Origin: Alphaproteobacteria bacterium
GTDB lineage: Bacteria; Pseudomonadota; Alphaproteobacteria; UBA8317
DNA: 64,000 nucleotides
Assembly (NCBI GenBank): GCA_038131935.1
Contig: JAYPQH010000018.1
Span: 173,528 to 237,527 of the forward strand
Direction: 5' to 3'
Position 1 is the first letter of the stretch. Each line of letters opens with the position of its first letter. Positions 45,600 through 57,549 of this stretch are shown here, in pieces. The position numbers and the translations under genes are program-made. A model generated the notes under the pieces. The model did not search any database, was not told where the DNA came from, and worked only from the letters and a program-made list of their open reading frames with translations.

Positions 45600-46711
45600 C
45601 TCAGCTCGCGATAGTGTCTGGTTTATCAAAAGATCAAAATTCCCGTTCGCCCAAAGCATCACTATCATTTCTTCATCACCTATATTTGTAATATCGTGCG
45701 TCCACCCGGGAACAGTATCTACTAACTTAGACTGGATCCATTAGTTCGCAGCTCCACAAGATCACTCAGAAGAACGACTGAACAGTATCTCCTGATAACT
45801 GAGAATTTTGAATTTCTTATAGTAAAGAGTTGTACCATCTCTTATAATACCCTGATGTTGTTGTGAAGAACTGCAAATTATCTGATATCCGCGTCTTGAG
45901 ACTTAACAACACACCTCTGGGGTTCCCGTGTTGAGTTACCTCGTACGAAAACGCTCAGGAGGTAGGTAACTAACATAGTCGCGCATAAGGCACGAGCGGG
46001 CCTTCCTACGCGATCTGTCACCAGATTAGTCCGACCAGAATGTAAAGCTGAATCCGACCTGCGAGCTCCCAATGTGATGTTGTAGGTCATACAACGCTCC
46101 CACTAACCATGCCTTCCAGAGGAACTTACTGCCGATATTGTGGCGGTTCATTGATGGGCCAATGGATGTAAACAAGTGACAAGCAAGTCGATTCATCATG
46201 AACTTCAATAGGCAAATTGCGCAAGAGATGTTGTAGCAATAGGTTGCAACGACCGAATTGTAATTTGGTCTACACCACTTACCGAAGACGCTCCGGCAGG
46301 CGGAATACGACACATGAGATGCCCGTATCTTCTGAAAGCAAGAGACTTTATGACTTCTTCTGCTGCCAGCTTGCTCCTTCCGTGGGATTATCAAGCGCAG
46401 CTTGGGTGGAAGATGCAAAGACTAGCGGTGTCTTGCGACCATTACACACCGGCCTCTTGCCTCAAGGCTTCGCACAACAATGAGGTTAATTTAACGTTGA
46501 CCTCTGTGAAAGCTGTGTAGTCCTTTAGGGCGATTTTCCAGCTAGATGTATAACACCACAAACTTCCGATACCAGCTGGGGCACTATGCAACCCCATCAC
46601 CCTCCCAAAAGTGCTGACTGTCACGCCCGGTAATCTGCCCAAACGTACCACTGGTTCTTGCCAATGAATCCATCGGCCCCGTGACCAAAAATGACGGTTA
46701 AATAAATTCAT
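45600..46711 (-). pseudogene. fnlB: FnlB/WbjC/Cap5F reductase with C-terminal cupin (broken as sequenced)
   Basis: VTGADGFIGKN, ASSTQAALDNP, SKLAAEE and VFGKWCRPNYNSVVATYCYNI fragments. Confidence 0.88.
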
Positions 46712-46820
46712 TGTAAATCCCTACACGCTCCAAAAACCTTTGCTCATCGTTAGCCTAATTATTTAGTAACAAAAACGTGCCCGGCAACAGTTCCGCACAA
46801 AGCCTGTACCCAGACCAGTT

Positions 46821-48009
46821 TCACATCTTTCATCAAGATATTTTCCTTTTCCTCATGATCGAAATTAGGATTACTAAGCGGTACATTTCAGCAAGTCTGT
46901 CTTTGACCATCGTCCTCCCCACAAGTAACTCACGATATACGTCCTCAAAGGCATGCAGAGCTTGCTCATCATGAAGCTGGCTGTTACTGATTACGCCTAT
47001 AGCTCTTTTATACCCCATCCCACTTCACCTCCTCATTGCTGGTAAAAAACTCTCAAAATCTTTTTCTGCCCGTAGGGAATACTAGCAAAGAAACAACATG
47101 GCTACTCCCTTTCCGCCGCAGTTCATCCACTCGAACTCTGGCCTCTTTGCTCACTGCCGCATACGTACGGCTCGTAATCCATGGATTTACAAGACACTTC
47201 CCGGCTATGTCCGCCGAAAATTTTGTGCGGTGAAGTGCTTCACTTAGCTCAGGGGGAAGAAAACGTCTAAATTTTCACCGTAGATCGTTGCGAGTACACA
47301 CAGTGCCCTTGATTCTTTGAGGGTGACAAAATACCCTTCACATCATTTGGAGCCGCATGTGGCTGATTTTTCTGCAACCGCCGGTTAAACCATGGAAGTG
47401 TAGAACCGTCCGAGAACGCCACGTTGGCAAACCGGGCCATGGACACCGGTACCTGGAAGACTCGCGCTTCATAAACCTCCATAATCCGCTTACGGTTCCC
47501 ATCATGTTCCACTTCAAGTAGCAGCCTTGTCAGTCGATGTGGTAGCCATTTGTTAGCGCCATTCACGATGCTGTCCGCAACGTGCCAACGTGCTAAAAAT
47601 ATCGTCTTGATGAGTCTCATCAGTATGAAGGGATCACTCGCCCGAACATGCTTGAGAGCAGAGAGGTTCAATACGAATCGTATTGCCCCGAGTTGCTACA
47701 GTAAGGTGAAGCAAAGCTTGGAATTCGATAGATCCACAATCGATGGCAAATGTTTTAAATTCACCCGCCATATATCCCATCGAACTTCGCAGACTTCTCA
47801 CGAGCTCTACCATGTTGTTTAGAGATATCTACGAGCATGTAAGACCTTAGGATTCCGCTAAATATCTCTGTTGTGGACAGCCTCGACCAATGGACCCAGC
47901 ACCACCGATTACTAAAACCCACTACGCGATATTATCCAAGCGAAGATCAGCGTCAAACCTGCGTCATCAGCGGCGGCAATGTGTACGCCCCAGCAGTCAG
48001 AACGCCCAT
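46821..48009 (-). pseudogene. UDP-GlcNAc 4,6-dehydratase-type SDR (broken as sequenced)
   Basis: LVIGGAGSIG, NNMVELVRSLRSSMGY, NLSALKHVR..DPF.LMR, RFANVAFSDGS and KYLDE.M* fragments. Confidence 0.85.
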
Positions 48010-48049
48010 CCAGCCTCATCAAAATCTTCTGGTAATAACCCATTATTAA

Positions 48050-49076
48050 CTATTACGATCCTTCTCCAATCCTTGAATACTATCTTTATGCCTGAACAAA
48101 CTTAAGTTTGCTTAAGAGCGCTAACATTCCAAACAAATCAATTGCAGTTGTGGGAGGTATATTCTGTAAACTTTAGCAAATGTTCGTTGCCCGTAATTTT
48201 TACGAACTTATCGTAATTCAAGGATCTCATGTCAGGAGATATCCGAGGTATCTGTCTAAGCCGGCTTCTTGCCGCAGCCATTTCTTCGCGGCCGCACAAC
48301 GCCCCCGTAAGTTTTTTTCACCATGCCGCGTACCGATCACGCCGGACCGGATGCCCTGGTCGATTTAAAAGCGTTGTAAATGGCGTTAATCAGCACATCA
48401 ATTGCCGCTGCTGGTGCCTTTTGAACAAAAATATCGCCAGATTCTCCATGCAATGCAAAAATCACCAGGTCTACTGCGTCGTCAAGGTCATCATGAACCG
48501 CGTCATATTTGGGTCAGTGACGCTATTGGTCATCTGCCTCGAACTTGATTCACGAACAAAGGTATAACGGAACCCCCGATATTATGCTAACATTCCCATA
48601 GCGGGTAATAAGCAATTTTTGTAGCGCCACTCGCCTTCGACTTTGCAACAATCACTTTTCCATCATCGCTTTTGACACGCCCATGGCGTTAATTGCAAAC
48701 AGCTTTGTCTGTGCTTAAGCAAACAACCTTGTGACGCCAGCGGTTATTGCTGCGGTCAACACGTTTTCAGTGCCTAATACATTTGTTTTAACTGCCTCCA
48801 TCGGGTAGAACTCACACGACGGAACCTGCTTCAAGGCCGCAGCATGAAAGATATAATCAACACCTACAAGTGCTCTGAAATCGACGATATATCTTTATCT
48901 CCAATATAAAAATTAATTTTCGGATTTAAGTAGCGCTTACGTATGTCATCCTGCTTTTTCATCTCTACTAAAAATTCGAATTTCTTTTACATCTGATCCA
49001 ACAAAACGTTCTTAAACACCGCGTTGCCGAACGAGCCTGTCTTAACTGTTATTAAGAGCGTTTTATCACCAAACAT
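48050..49076 (-). pseudogene. fnlA: FnlA/WbjB/Cap5E UDP-GlcNAc 4,6-dehydratase/epimerase (broken as sequenced)
   Basis: MFGDKTLLIT..TGSFGNAV, IFSRDE, IFHAAALKQVPSCEFYPMEAVKTNVLGTENV and EYTSHN fragments. Confidence 0.9.
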
Positions 49077-49099
49077 AATAAACCCAATATTACCTTTTA

Positions 49100-49883
49100 T
49101 GGAATAGTCTGACTTCATAATTTTAATCTCTTTCCTGCGGTTGCGGATAATTAACCAAGACAGCTCATACGCACCCTTGAAGACAAATAAACTCCCACAA
49201 CCAACGCCCAACGTATGCGTGGTATGCATCAACAGTTGCCGCACATGCTCCAAAGATCCGCAACTACCCAGCATAGTTACGGGGCATCGGACGGCTGGAG
49301 TTTACAATTTGAAAGAGGTGCAAATCGTAGCCATTCATCTGACCGTCTCGCTCAATATTATTGATTACGATCTCTCCTACACCCACCGAAATAAGTTCTT
49401 TAGCAAAATTGCTCTAATTTCCCATTGCGATTTTTTCTGTTCCATTGGCTGTATACACATCATAAGTTTTGAAAAATGCGACTTCTTTGACGTCTATTAC
49501 ACACACCAAACTTTGGCTTACCAATCGCATGAACTATATCTCTCAGGATAGACAAGTCCCTGTGGTGATCAGGAACTAACAGCCACCTTTTCGACACCTA
49601 ACGATATTATTTTCGAAACGTCACTAAGTGTTTTTATAATTATCTCTGCAGCACACACAGCGGCATCTTGGGTACCCTTCAAACGCTAATTAAATCAAAT
49701 GACGGTTTTTGACACGCGAGATGCACCTATATCAAGAACAAAGAGCTCATCCGCTTCCTTTTCATTAAAAATCTTCATGGCATTGATCGGGTCACCAACG
49801 TACTTTGGCGACTGGAAACCAATCGTTCAACTGAGAACGTCATCATCCAGCAATAGCGTTGGAATTAATCGGGATCTAAGCAC
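49100..49883 (-). pseudogene. HisF-like cyclase subunit, WbuZ type (broken as sequenced)
   Basis: LRSRLIPTLLL, PKYVGDPINAMKIFNEKEADEL..LDI and GSLFVFKG fragments. Confidence 0.85.
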
Positions 49884-49889
49884 ATTGTC

Positions 49890-50482
49890 TCACTTTAGGT
49901 TAGCAAAATTAATTAGTAAACTGCTGGCCATTCTTATGACTTTTTTCAGGGTGGAATTGGAATCCAAAACTCTTTAGAAGAGACCGCACTTTTGGCAAAA
50001 GGTATTTCCATATTCTGTTGTCGCAATCACAGCCGTATCATCAGAAGGCTGAAAATAATACACCGTAAAATAGGAACTCAGGCGATGACTCTTCAAAGCC
50101 ATCAAAAACCGGAATGCCACCTGAATACTGGGAACGCGATTCCAGCCTATGTGCGGAGTAACTGATGTTGCCTGAAATCGCACCACCTTACCAGAATCAA
50201 ACCCAAACCAGCGGAGCCCTTCGCTCGATCCTGCCAACATCTTGCATACCTACACACACGCCCATCAAGAATGCCCTCGGTTCACGCCGTCTTGTTAGAT
50301 TCTTAAAACCCGGCTGAGGAAAACTTCCATCGCGGCATCAAACGAGCCAACGCCCGTAAAACCAGATGCGAAAATTTTAATGCATCAGGGTTTGATATGG
50401 CCGCGGCGGGAATGTTACTGCTACCATAGTAGTTAACGAATGAGTTAACATTCCCTAAACCGTAACCTGAACATCTGATCAC
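49890..50482 (-). pseudogene. HisH-like glutamine amidotransferase, WbuY type (broken as sequenced)
   Basis: YGLGNV, GVGSFD, CVGMQML, PHIGWN and QFHPEKSH fragments. Confidence 0.85.
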
Positions 50483-51584
50483 CCAAAGAGCCTCCTCTCC
50501 AAGCCTAGCTGTTTGAGTATCGTTGTTCTCTAATGATGATCCTCGCTTATTCTGTAATCGGCATACGTTTTATTGTCGCCCTCAAACAAGGCTCTGAAAT
50601 CCCTTTGCTCGTAAACCTAAGCTTCTTGGCAACGTGTAGTTGAACTCGTGGCCCAATCTCTTCCTCGCTCAGCTCCACACTAATCTGGTCCAAGGCCCAT
50701 TCCGCGACATCTGACCTAAGGCGATCAACTTGAAAATGCGCCCTTCGCTTATCGAAACCAAATTTTCTTGCAACCAGTAGTCCCCTGGGAACGGAGAATC
50801 GTGATTCATGATGTTTATGCTGAAATTGCTCGCAACCGTAAATCTCGCCAATTCTCGTTCCGCCATCTCACGTGTATGGGACGTAATTCAACGGGTAGAC
50901 GGACATCACACCAAAGATGTACTTATATAATATTTTGTAGTGTCAAGATATCAACGGAGGGAAATTTTTAAGTTCAATCCTTGCTTGTACTTTGAATAAG
51001 CCGACTAACAGCTTGTCAACTCCCAAATAGCCGCCCCATTCCTCGGCTCACGATAACATTCAGTCGAAAAATTACCCCATTTAAAATATATTTAATCTTC
51101 TTTTTCTCTAGCAAATTTATAGAGCATGGATATATACGCTATATCCTGAGGATAGTCCTGATCTGGTATCTGTGCCATAAAAAATGATTCTGGAAGACAC
51201 GCATTTCCCTTCCAATCACACCAGCACATGGTTTATTCCAAATCACAATAATCCTTTTCATTCGAAACCGCCTTCCCAGAGTTCCAACCAACATCGACGT
51301 GAAAAAGTAGAGGTCTTAACCCAAACTTGGTGACGACAACATGCCATGTAAGCACTGGGTCTAGCCTCCGCTAAGCCCTAATATGCAGTCGAATTCTTTA
51401 CCGCTTCCATTTCCCTACGGATCTTTTCGGCAATGGGCCTGAAGTCCGACAGCCTATCTTGCCCAAATTTCCATTCAGGAAGAATACGGTCCGATAGTTA
51501 TTGCAAGCATTCACAGACCTGCCTTGAATCAAATGAAATTTTGGTCTGATGTATCCATGATAATGTAGTAAATTTTATAGTCAT
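50480..51584 (-). pseudogene. N-acetyl sugar amidotransferase, WbuX/WbpG type (broken as sequenced)
   Basis: IMDTSD, FDCILGLSGG (PP-loop) and GLRPLLFHVDVGWNS fragments. Confidence 0.85.
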
Positions 51585-51589
51585 TGGTC

Positions 51590-52290
51590 ACTAAGTAAAT
51601 TTTCTGAGAGTACAACGTCATCGACGTATCTCCGTATGCTGTCAACAGGAATGAAATACTGTTTACCCATCTCATCTGTTTGATGCTGCATCGAAACCTT
51701 TTACCTTCTATTACCTCAACAACAGCTGAGACATGGGTGATCCGGCATCATTGGGTTTCGCACCGCATGCTCGATATCGTCTACGGTAGCGAGCTCGCTT
51801 ACATCCAAGTATTGTTTTTAATTAATGAGCCAGTATCAATACCAGCATCCATTATGTGGGCCGTAACGCCAATCTTGTCACTTCTGTCACCCATTCAGCA
51901 AAGCCCAAACATAACAGTCCATTCCACGATAAATCTGGCAAAATGCCCATGTGGCAACTTATTACATACCTGATACTCGGACACCGCAGCAGACTATCTC
52001 GAGTAATACCGCCACCCGTGAATACAACAACGTCTGGAGGCCCATCAGATGCATTAAATAACATTGAAGCGGAATGAAAATCATTGCCGCGAAGTGAATT
52101 GGCACTTCATGGCGGCCCGGCAAACTCTTTTCAAACTGCGCGTCTGACTTTCTTTTTCTAAATAAAGCTTTCTGCAGGGTTCGGCCCAGAACGACGTGAC
52201 GATGCCGAATTTCTAAGCATCAGCTTTCAGAAAATCTTTTTAATAAAACGCGTGGCTCCCACCTCAGAGAAGCTCCAAGAATAATCTCTC
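51590..52290 (-). pseudogene. formyltransferase family protein (broken as sequenced)
   Basis: PDVVVFTGGGI, CHMGILP, YRGMD..VWA and GVTAHIMDAGIDTG fragments. Confidence 0.8.
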
Positions 52291-52790
52291 ACTATTGAAC
52301 AGCTTCTTGACAAAAAATATGACCTGCAGGATAGCTGCAAGTGCTGTCAGAGCTCCTCGATTACCAGTATGGAATATTGACTGTACCTGATGGTGAGAGT
52401 GCGCGAATCTTGGTCATCTTAAATACTCAACTTCTGCATTAAAATCTATTGGTTTTAACCCATATAAAACACCTTGAGTGCGGAAGAATTGAGTTTGATT
52501 TAATTTCACTAAGCGATGTTCGATACCTAACATCTTTTTGGTAATGCCAGATGTAGAGTCAGTCGCCTTCAGAACTGCACTGTAAACATCTTGAAAACAT
52601 TTTCGATGCCCCAGAGCTATTTCTAATTCCTTTTCGAGGGAAGACCGAGTGTACTCTTACGAACCGCGAAAAGGCTCTCGGTCTGACTCACACTCGCTTT
52701 TCCGCTAATCACGTCATTCAGAAATGCTTCATAATAGCCGTTAAGGGTATCCAGATTTTTCAAGGAAAACGTCTATTAATGCTTCATCTT
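52290..52790 (-). pseudogene. hypothetical protein, possibly a class I SAM methyltransferase (broken as sequenced)
   Basis: Gene-sized gap with a plausible start; weak resemblance only. Confidence 0.25.
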
Positions 52791-53850
52791 GCCGTCTCTC
52801 CATCGTGTATGTTTTGACCGACTCTAAATTGAGTGGATTCGCAGTGTAATATGACCTTCGACCGCTAGGAAAATATCCCAACCCAAACCTAAATGAGAAA
52901 AATGATGGCGGGAATCCTTTTTGGACCCACCAATACCCGCAGCTTCCTGATAGGCATACGCCATTGAGACACCTCGTAAAAATTTGGTCTCTGTCACGCG
53001 AGCGAGTTTTCAACGTTGGTGCTTAGCCAGCACTTCACCAGTTACCAACGCTTGCAGTACCCAGATTTGGCCAGCAAATTCGGCACCAGGGTAAAGCACT
53101 TTGTTTGCAGTTTACCATAGTTGAAAACCTGTGACGCTCCCTTGGCGTCGTTTGTCACCCACGCTATATATCCGCTGTAAATGAAGAGACTGATTGCTCG
53201 GTAATTTAACCCCCGTCACCCTAGGCGCGTTCACAGTGATCAAATTCGCTATTGAACGCCAAGTTACAGCATTCTCCGACCTCATCGCCCGGTCGAGAGC
53301 TAAAAGCTTTCATTCAGCTCATCCCATCTCTATATTTCAGCAACTTGTTCAACCTCGCCAACGGGAAACTTATGAACTGATCTCCACATGAAAAACCACG
53401 GTCGCTAGAGGCGATATAAATCAACTCCTTAGTCTCGACCCACACCGCCGTAATCTTCCCATCGCAATTTCACGAATTTGGCCTTGACCGCAGACGAACC
53501 CACAAAAGAATATTTCGTGTATAACTGAACGCATGGAGGTTGATCGAATCGCAGTAGTCCGTCAAGCAAATCACATAACTCTTACCCCTTGCCGAAGAAG
53601 TACAAGTTGGTCGTCGAAGTATGCGAGCAGATTTACTCTATCTAACCGGAAAGCTCTGCTAAGTATCCGAGACCAACCAAAATGTCTACAGACACGATCT
53701 TGGTAGTACGAATGACTTAGTCAATCCTTTTCACCGAAGAGAATACGCCCTGTTCCGAGCCGAGATCTCCACCCTTCTATCAGCGTCGAAGTGCATCAAA
53801 GTTCCACGGGCATGGCGACCAACAACCACTTAACTAAAACCTTTTTGTAA
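52780..53850 (-). pseudogene. putative beta-propeller (BNR/sialidase-like) protein, paralogue 2 (broken as sequenced)
   Basis: FGWSRILSRAFRLDRVN, SDRGFS, GDEVGEC, GDG, GQIW and KKD...FRFGLGYFPSG fragments, collinear with paralogue 1. Confidence 0.6.
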
Positions 53851-54929
53851 TCAAGCCTTCCAAAACCCTCGTAAAACCGTTCAAAACCCTTCTAAAGCTT
53901 CACCGTAAGCAACAGAATCTCTGAGGAAGACTAGAACACCCTCTGAAAAACAAATAACCCCATACCCAAAGAGCCTCATGGACCACTGATCTTTTTTTGT
54001 ATCTCCGCGGCCACGTTCCAATGCTCGCAATCGAGAGAAACGATAAGAAACTGTGCTGAATCGGTATTTACCGCGCCCCCAAGGCTCAACAGAGACGCCC
54101 GCAACAACCACCCCATCAGCTCAGCTGCTTTAAATACCAAATTGGTCCATCTGCCTTCCCAATTTCTTTTTTTTCTGCTTGTCTTTAGTGGTACGCGAAT
54201 ACTGTATCACGTAGGACGGAGTCAAAGGAGAATCCATACCCCAGTAGACAAATTCATCAGTAAAAATAGCTCCACATGTCCTGCCAAATCTGGCTGCCGT
54301 CGCCTGTAGACGCTCCTTTACGTTAAGGTGTTGTCCATCACAAACGAACTATCCGACATTGCCCCGTCAGGAAGTCACCAGTCATGACCCATATATCCTT
54401 TAGGCTTAACTGGATCTTGCAAAATATTGCGTGTGTGTTTTATCTCACCCTGCGAGAAATCATGCGCAATAGCTTCCCATGTCTCCACCATTATCTAATG
54501 ACTTGTAGATTGGTACAGAGGCATAAACTTTTATTAGAACCATATTCGCCAAAAATAATACTACCACTTTCCGTTCGACAAATTGGGTTATGCAAAAGAT
54601 TCCTACAGTTCTTCAATGCGAGAATTTAAATTCAAAAATTCCCGTATTAAGAAGAATCTAAAAGATATATACGGCACCCATGCGAATAACTAAAACACGA
54701 GAAAAATCTAAGCATCCAGCGCAAAATATTACATTTATCAAGACGAAAAACCCTACGGAATATTCTAGAAGAGCGCCAAAATCGATCATTTTATGTGGCA
54801 TTTTTAAATCGAGCTTTGCTGGTGTTAGCCGTTTGAAATAGTTAACGTCCGACCATGAGTTGATAAAATTTTATCATCTTCGAAAAAGTGAATTACCTCT
54901 GACCGATAAATCTCCAAGACTTTAATCAT
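53830..54929 (-). pseudogene. putative beta-propeller (BNR/sialidase-like) protein, paralogue 1 (broken as sequenced)
   Basis: SRIFRRVFRLDKCN, FGEYGSN, IKHTHAI, WVMTGD, GDGSQIW, YWGMDSP, GPIWY and KKDQWSMRLFGYG fragments. Confidence 0.65.
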
Positions 54930-54949
54930 GTTTTATCCTTATTGCGGGA

Positions 54950-56150
54950 CGCCAGATAGATACTTGGGATACACACACCTTAGGTTAGGTCTCTAAATCT
55001 AATAATCATTTCATCAAAATAATTACCACTAATCAGCAATAACCTCCATTGAGACAAGTCGACAAGTCGAACACAATATGGACCTGTTAAGGTTGATAAA
55101 TTTTTATTAAGGCAGCCATTATAACTTACAACACGGCACAAAAGGGAAAAAGTGAAGGATCCCAAACACCATCAACATTTTTATTAAATCTGAGACCTTA
55201 GACGGATACTTATGTAACGGGTAACTTACAATTATTTTAATTTTTGACCGCCTCCAACTTCTTCACGAACCCACCTCTGATCCAGAAAAGGTTTGCGGAC
55301 GTAATAAAAATAAAATTGCGATTACCTGGCTCCAATAAAGTTGCTGACCACTGGTACAACAAGCACTCTGAAATTTAGATAGCTTTCAAATTTCGGCTGC
55401 TCACGTTCGTCCCATAAATAAAGTTCGTCTACCGATCCAAAGGGTATCGAAACCCAATGTCGCTTCCGTAGTCGAGGAGTCCAGCGCTGTATCATTCGTC
55501 GAAGGCCATGTGCGACAGTACAAATGCCCACCGCTGGTAGTGATCGTCAGTCACGAAAACGCATTGCGGACTTTTTTGCAAAGGCACCCAAAACCAATAT
55601 TTCGAAGGAATTCATCGATGCAATATCAGTAACGCCTCGCACCCTGTGACTCTGCCGAATAAAGCACTCTGTAAATGATCTGCCAGCTCAAGCCGCTATA
55701 AGCTAAGACAATGAATTGTACCTAATCCTCTTCGTACAGCGCCTTAAGGTCTGTGAGATTAAAATCCCTATCTGCGACTGAATAACGTTCCTGCAGGCAA
55801 GTCTTAATAATGTGCAACTTATTTGTCTCTAATGTGGAATGAATAAGCAAGAGTGGCAGATGAACTGAGAAAGCTATACAAACCGTATGTTCATTGCAGC
55901 AATAGTCGCACACAAACAAAACATAATGTTAGACAATAGGGTATTGAAACGATAATACCTCCTCAACCGCTGCTGATATCGTTTTAGTTTGGTACTCTTT
56001 GGGAAGTCGACAGGCGTCCCCGACTGGCTAGCTCGTACTTTTACGTAAATAGCGGTCAATAGACATCTCATTGTGAAGACTCTCAAAGACAACATCTGGC
56101 AGAAATCGATCGTAGTCATGCCGGTCCTTTGCACAAACATCAACGATCGA
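54950..56150 (-). pseudogene. hypothetical soluble protein, by position a candidate nonulosonate transferase (broken as sequenced)
   Basis: Gene-sized interval directly after wzy with no recognisable motif; assignment from position only. Confidence 0.25.
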
Positions 56151-56169
56151 GCAGATTCATTTAGGTCAA

Positions 56170-57520
56170 CAAGTCACTAACATTGTTTCTTGTTACCAAA
56201 ACTAAGAACCCAATGTAATAGAATAGGATATTGTGAACCAGATCGGCATATCCCAGGGGAGCAGCACCCAACGAAATGTTGTAACAACGCGCAACAGCTC
56301 TAGAACAGTGGCTACAAAGCGATACTCGTCCCTTTATAAAATGCTGCCTTATAAATAAAGCTCACCCACATTGCGTAAATCAGCAAAGGAAAAGTCTGTA
56401 GGTAAAGCCACCAAAATTTAGATATAGGTCAGTCTCAAGTGGCCACTGTTGTGTCGCATTATCGTTATACCATTGATCTGGATAATACTCTTGGCTAGCA
56501 TAATACTCAGATCGAATTCAGACGAGGCATCGATAAAGCCGACACAATTAATGGCTTGTTAGAAAAAAATAGTGTTGTTTGAAAGATACCAGGTGCGACT
56601 TCTCATTTACAATCAAATCATGGAGGTAATATGCATTGAAGGCCCACCAACCCTTCGATGAAATAGCCGAAAGTGCTATAAAATCCACCTGAAATTCCAT
56701 ACATAAGTTAAAAAGATAAAGCAGCGAAAAAAGCTGTAGCCATGAGTGAAAGCCGTGATAACGAAAGCCTTTGCGGCCCAAGAATGAAGGGATAAAGAAA
56801 AAAATCGTAAGAGTTATAATCTGGTTTTGAAACCACCCTGCAAAGCCAGAAATCAAATGAGGACAACGGCAAAAATATCGCGCCACCGGCGCCCAGATTT
56901 TTTTGTCGACTCCCGAAAGAAGATAACCCCTAAGCAGAAGATGACCAAATTAGTAACTGTTATCAGTGCTACAATAACCAAATCAGCTACTCCTGTTGAA
57001 CAAGAGAGACAGGGCAAATGGTATAAGTCTCAAGCCAAATAAAAACCTCCCGTCTGATTTGGATAAAAAATAAAAGCATGGAAGAACTGCCAAGATAAAA
57101 AAATGTCCATATGACGAAAATTTTATTGACTTTAATTTATTTACAAGTTTGTCTTTGATCAAAGTACGTACATCGGTCGATTGCAATATGGTACAACATG
57201 TTAAGTACACAGTACCAAAATGTAAGTTGAAGTTGATAACGGAGTATAAGCTCATTTCGTCCCAAAACACAAATTGCCCACGGCAAAGATACTGCCAATC
57301 AATTAAATCCGAAGTACAAATTGACTGATGAGGGTGTTGGGCATCACATATAGAGTGTAAAAACGCAGTCATCACATTACAGGGGATGGAAAAACTGCGT
57401 GGGCGAAATAAAATGTAGGCTTTGGCGTACCACAAAGATGCTCCAGCACTTTTCCATTGCGCTTGGATCTGCCATACGCAAAATGCAATAAACAATAAGG
57501 CAATACAGTGAACATTTAAT
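56170..57520 (-). pseudogene. polytopic membrane protein, probable O-antigen polymerase Wzy (broken as sequenced)
   Basis: T-rich minus strand giving successive F/L/I-rich fragments; directly downstream of wzx. Confidence 0.5.
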
Positions 57521-57549
57521 CACCGAGGCATAATCAAACCGTAGATCCA

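Noticed and set aside
49100-50482. hisH/hisF as histidine biosynthesis genes
   Set aside because: They follow an N-acetyl sugar amidotransferase inside a glycan cluster and carry the YVGDPINA..IFNEKE signature of the polysaccharide-associated paralogues.
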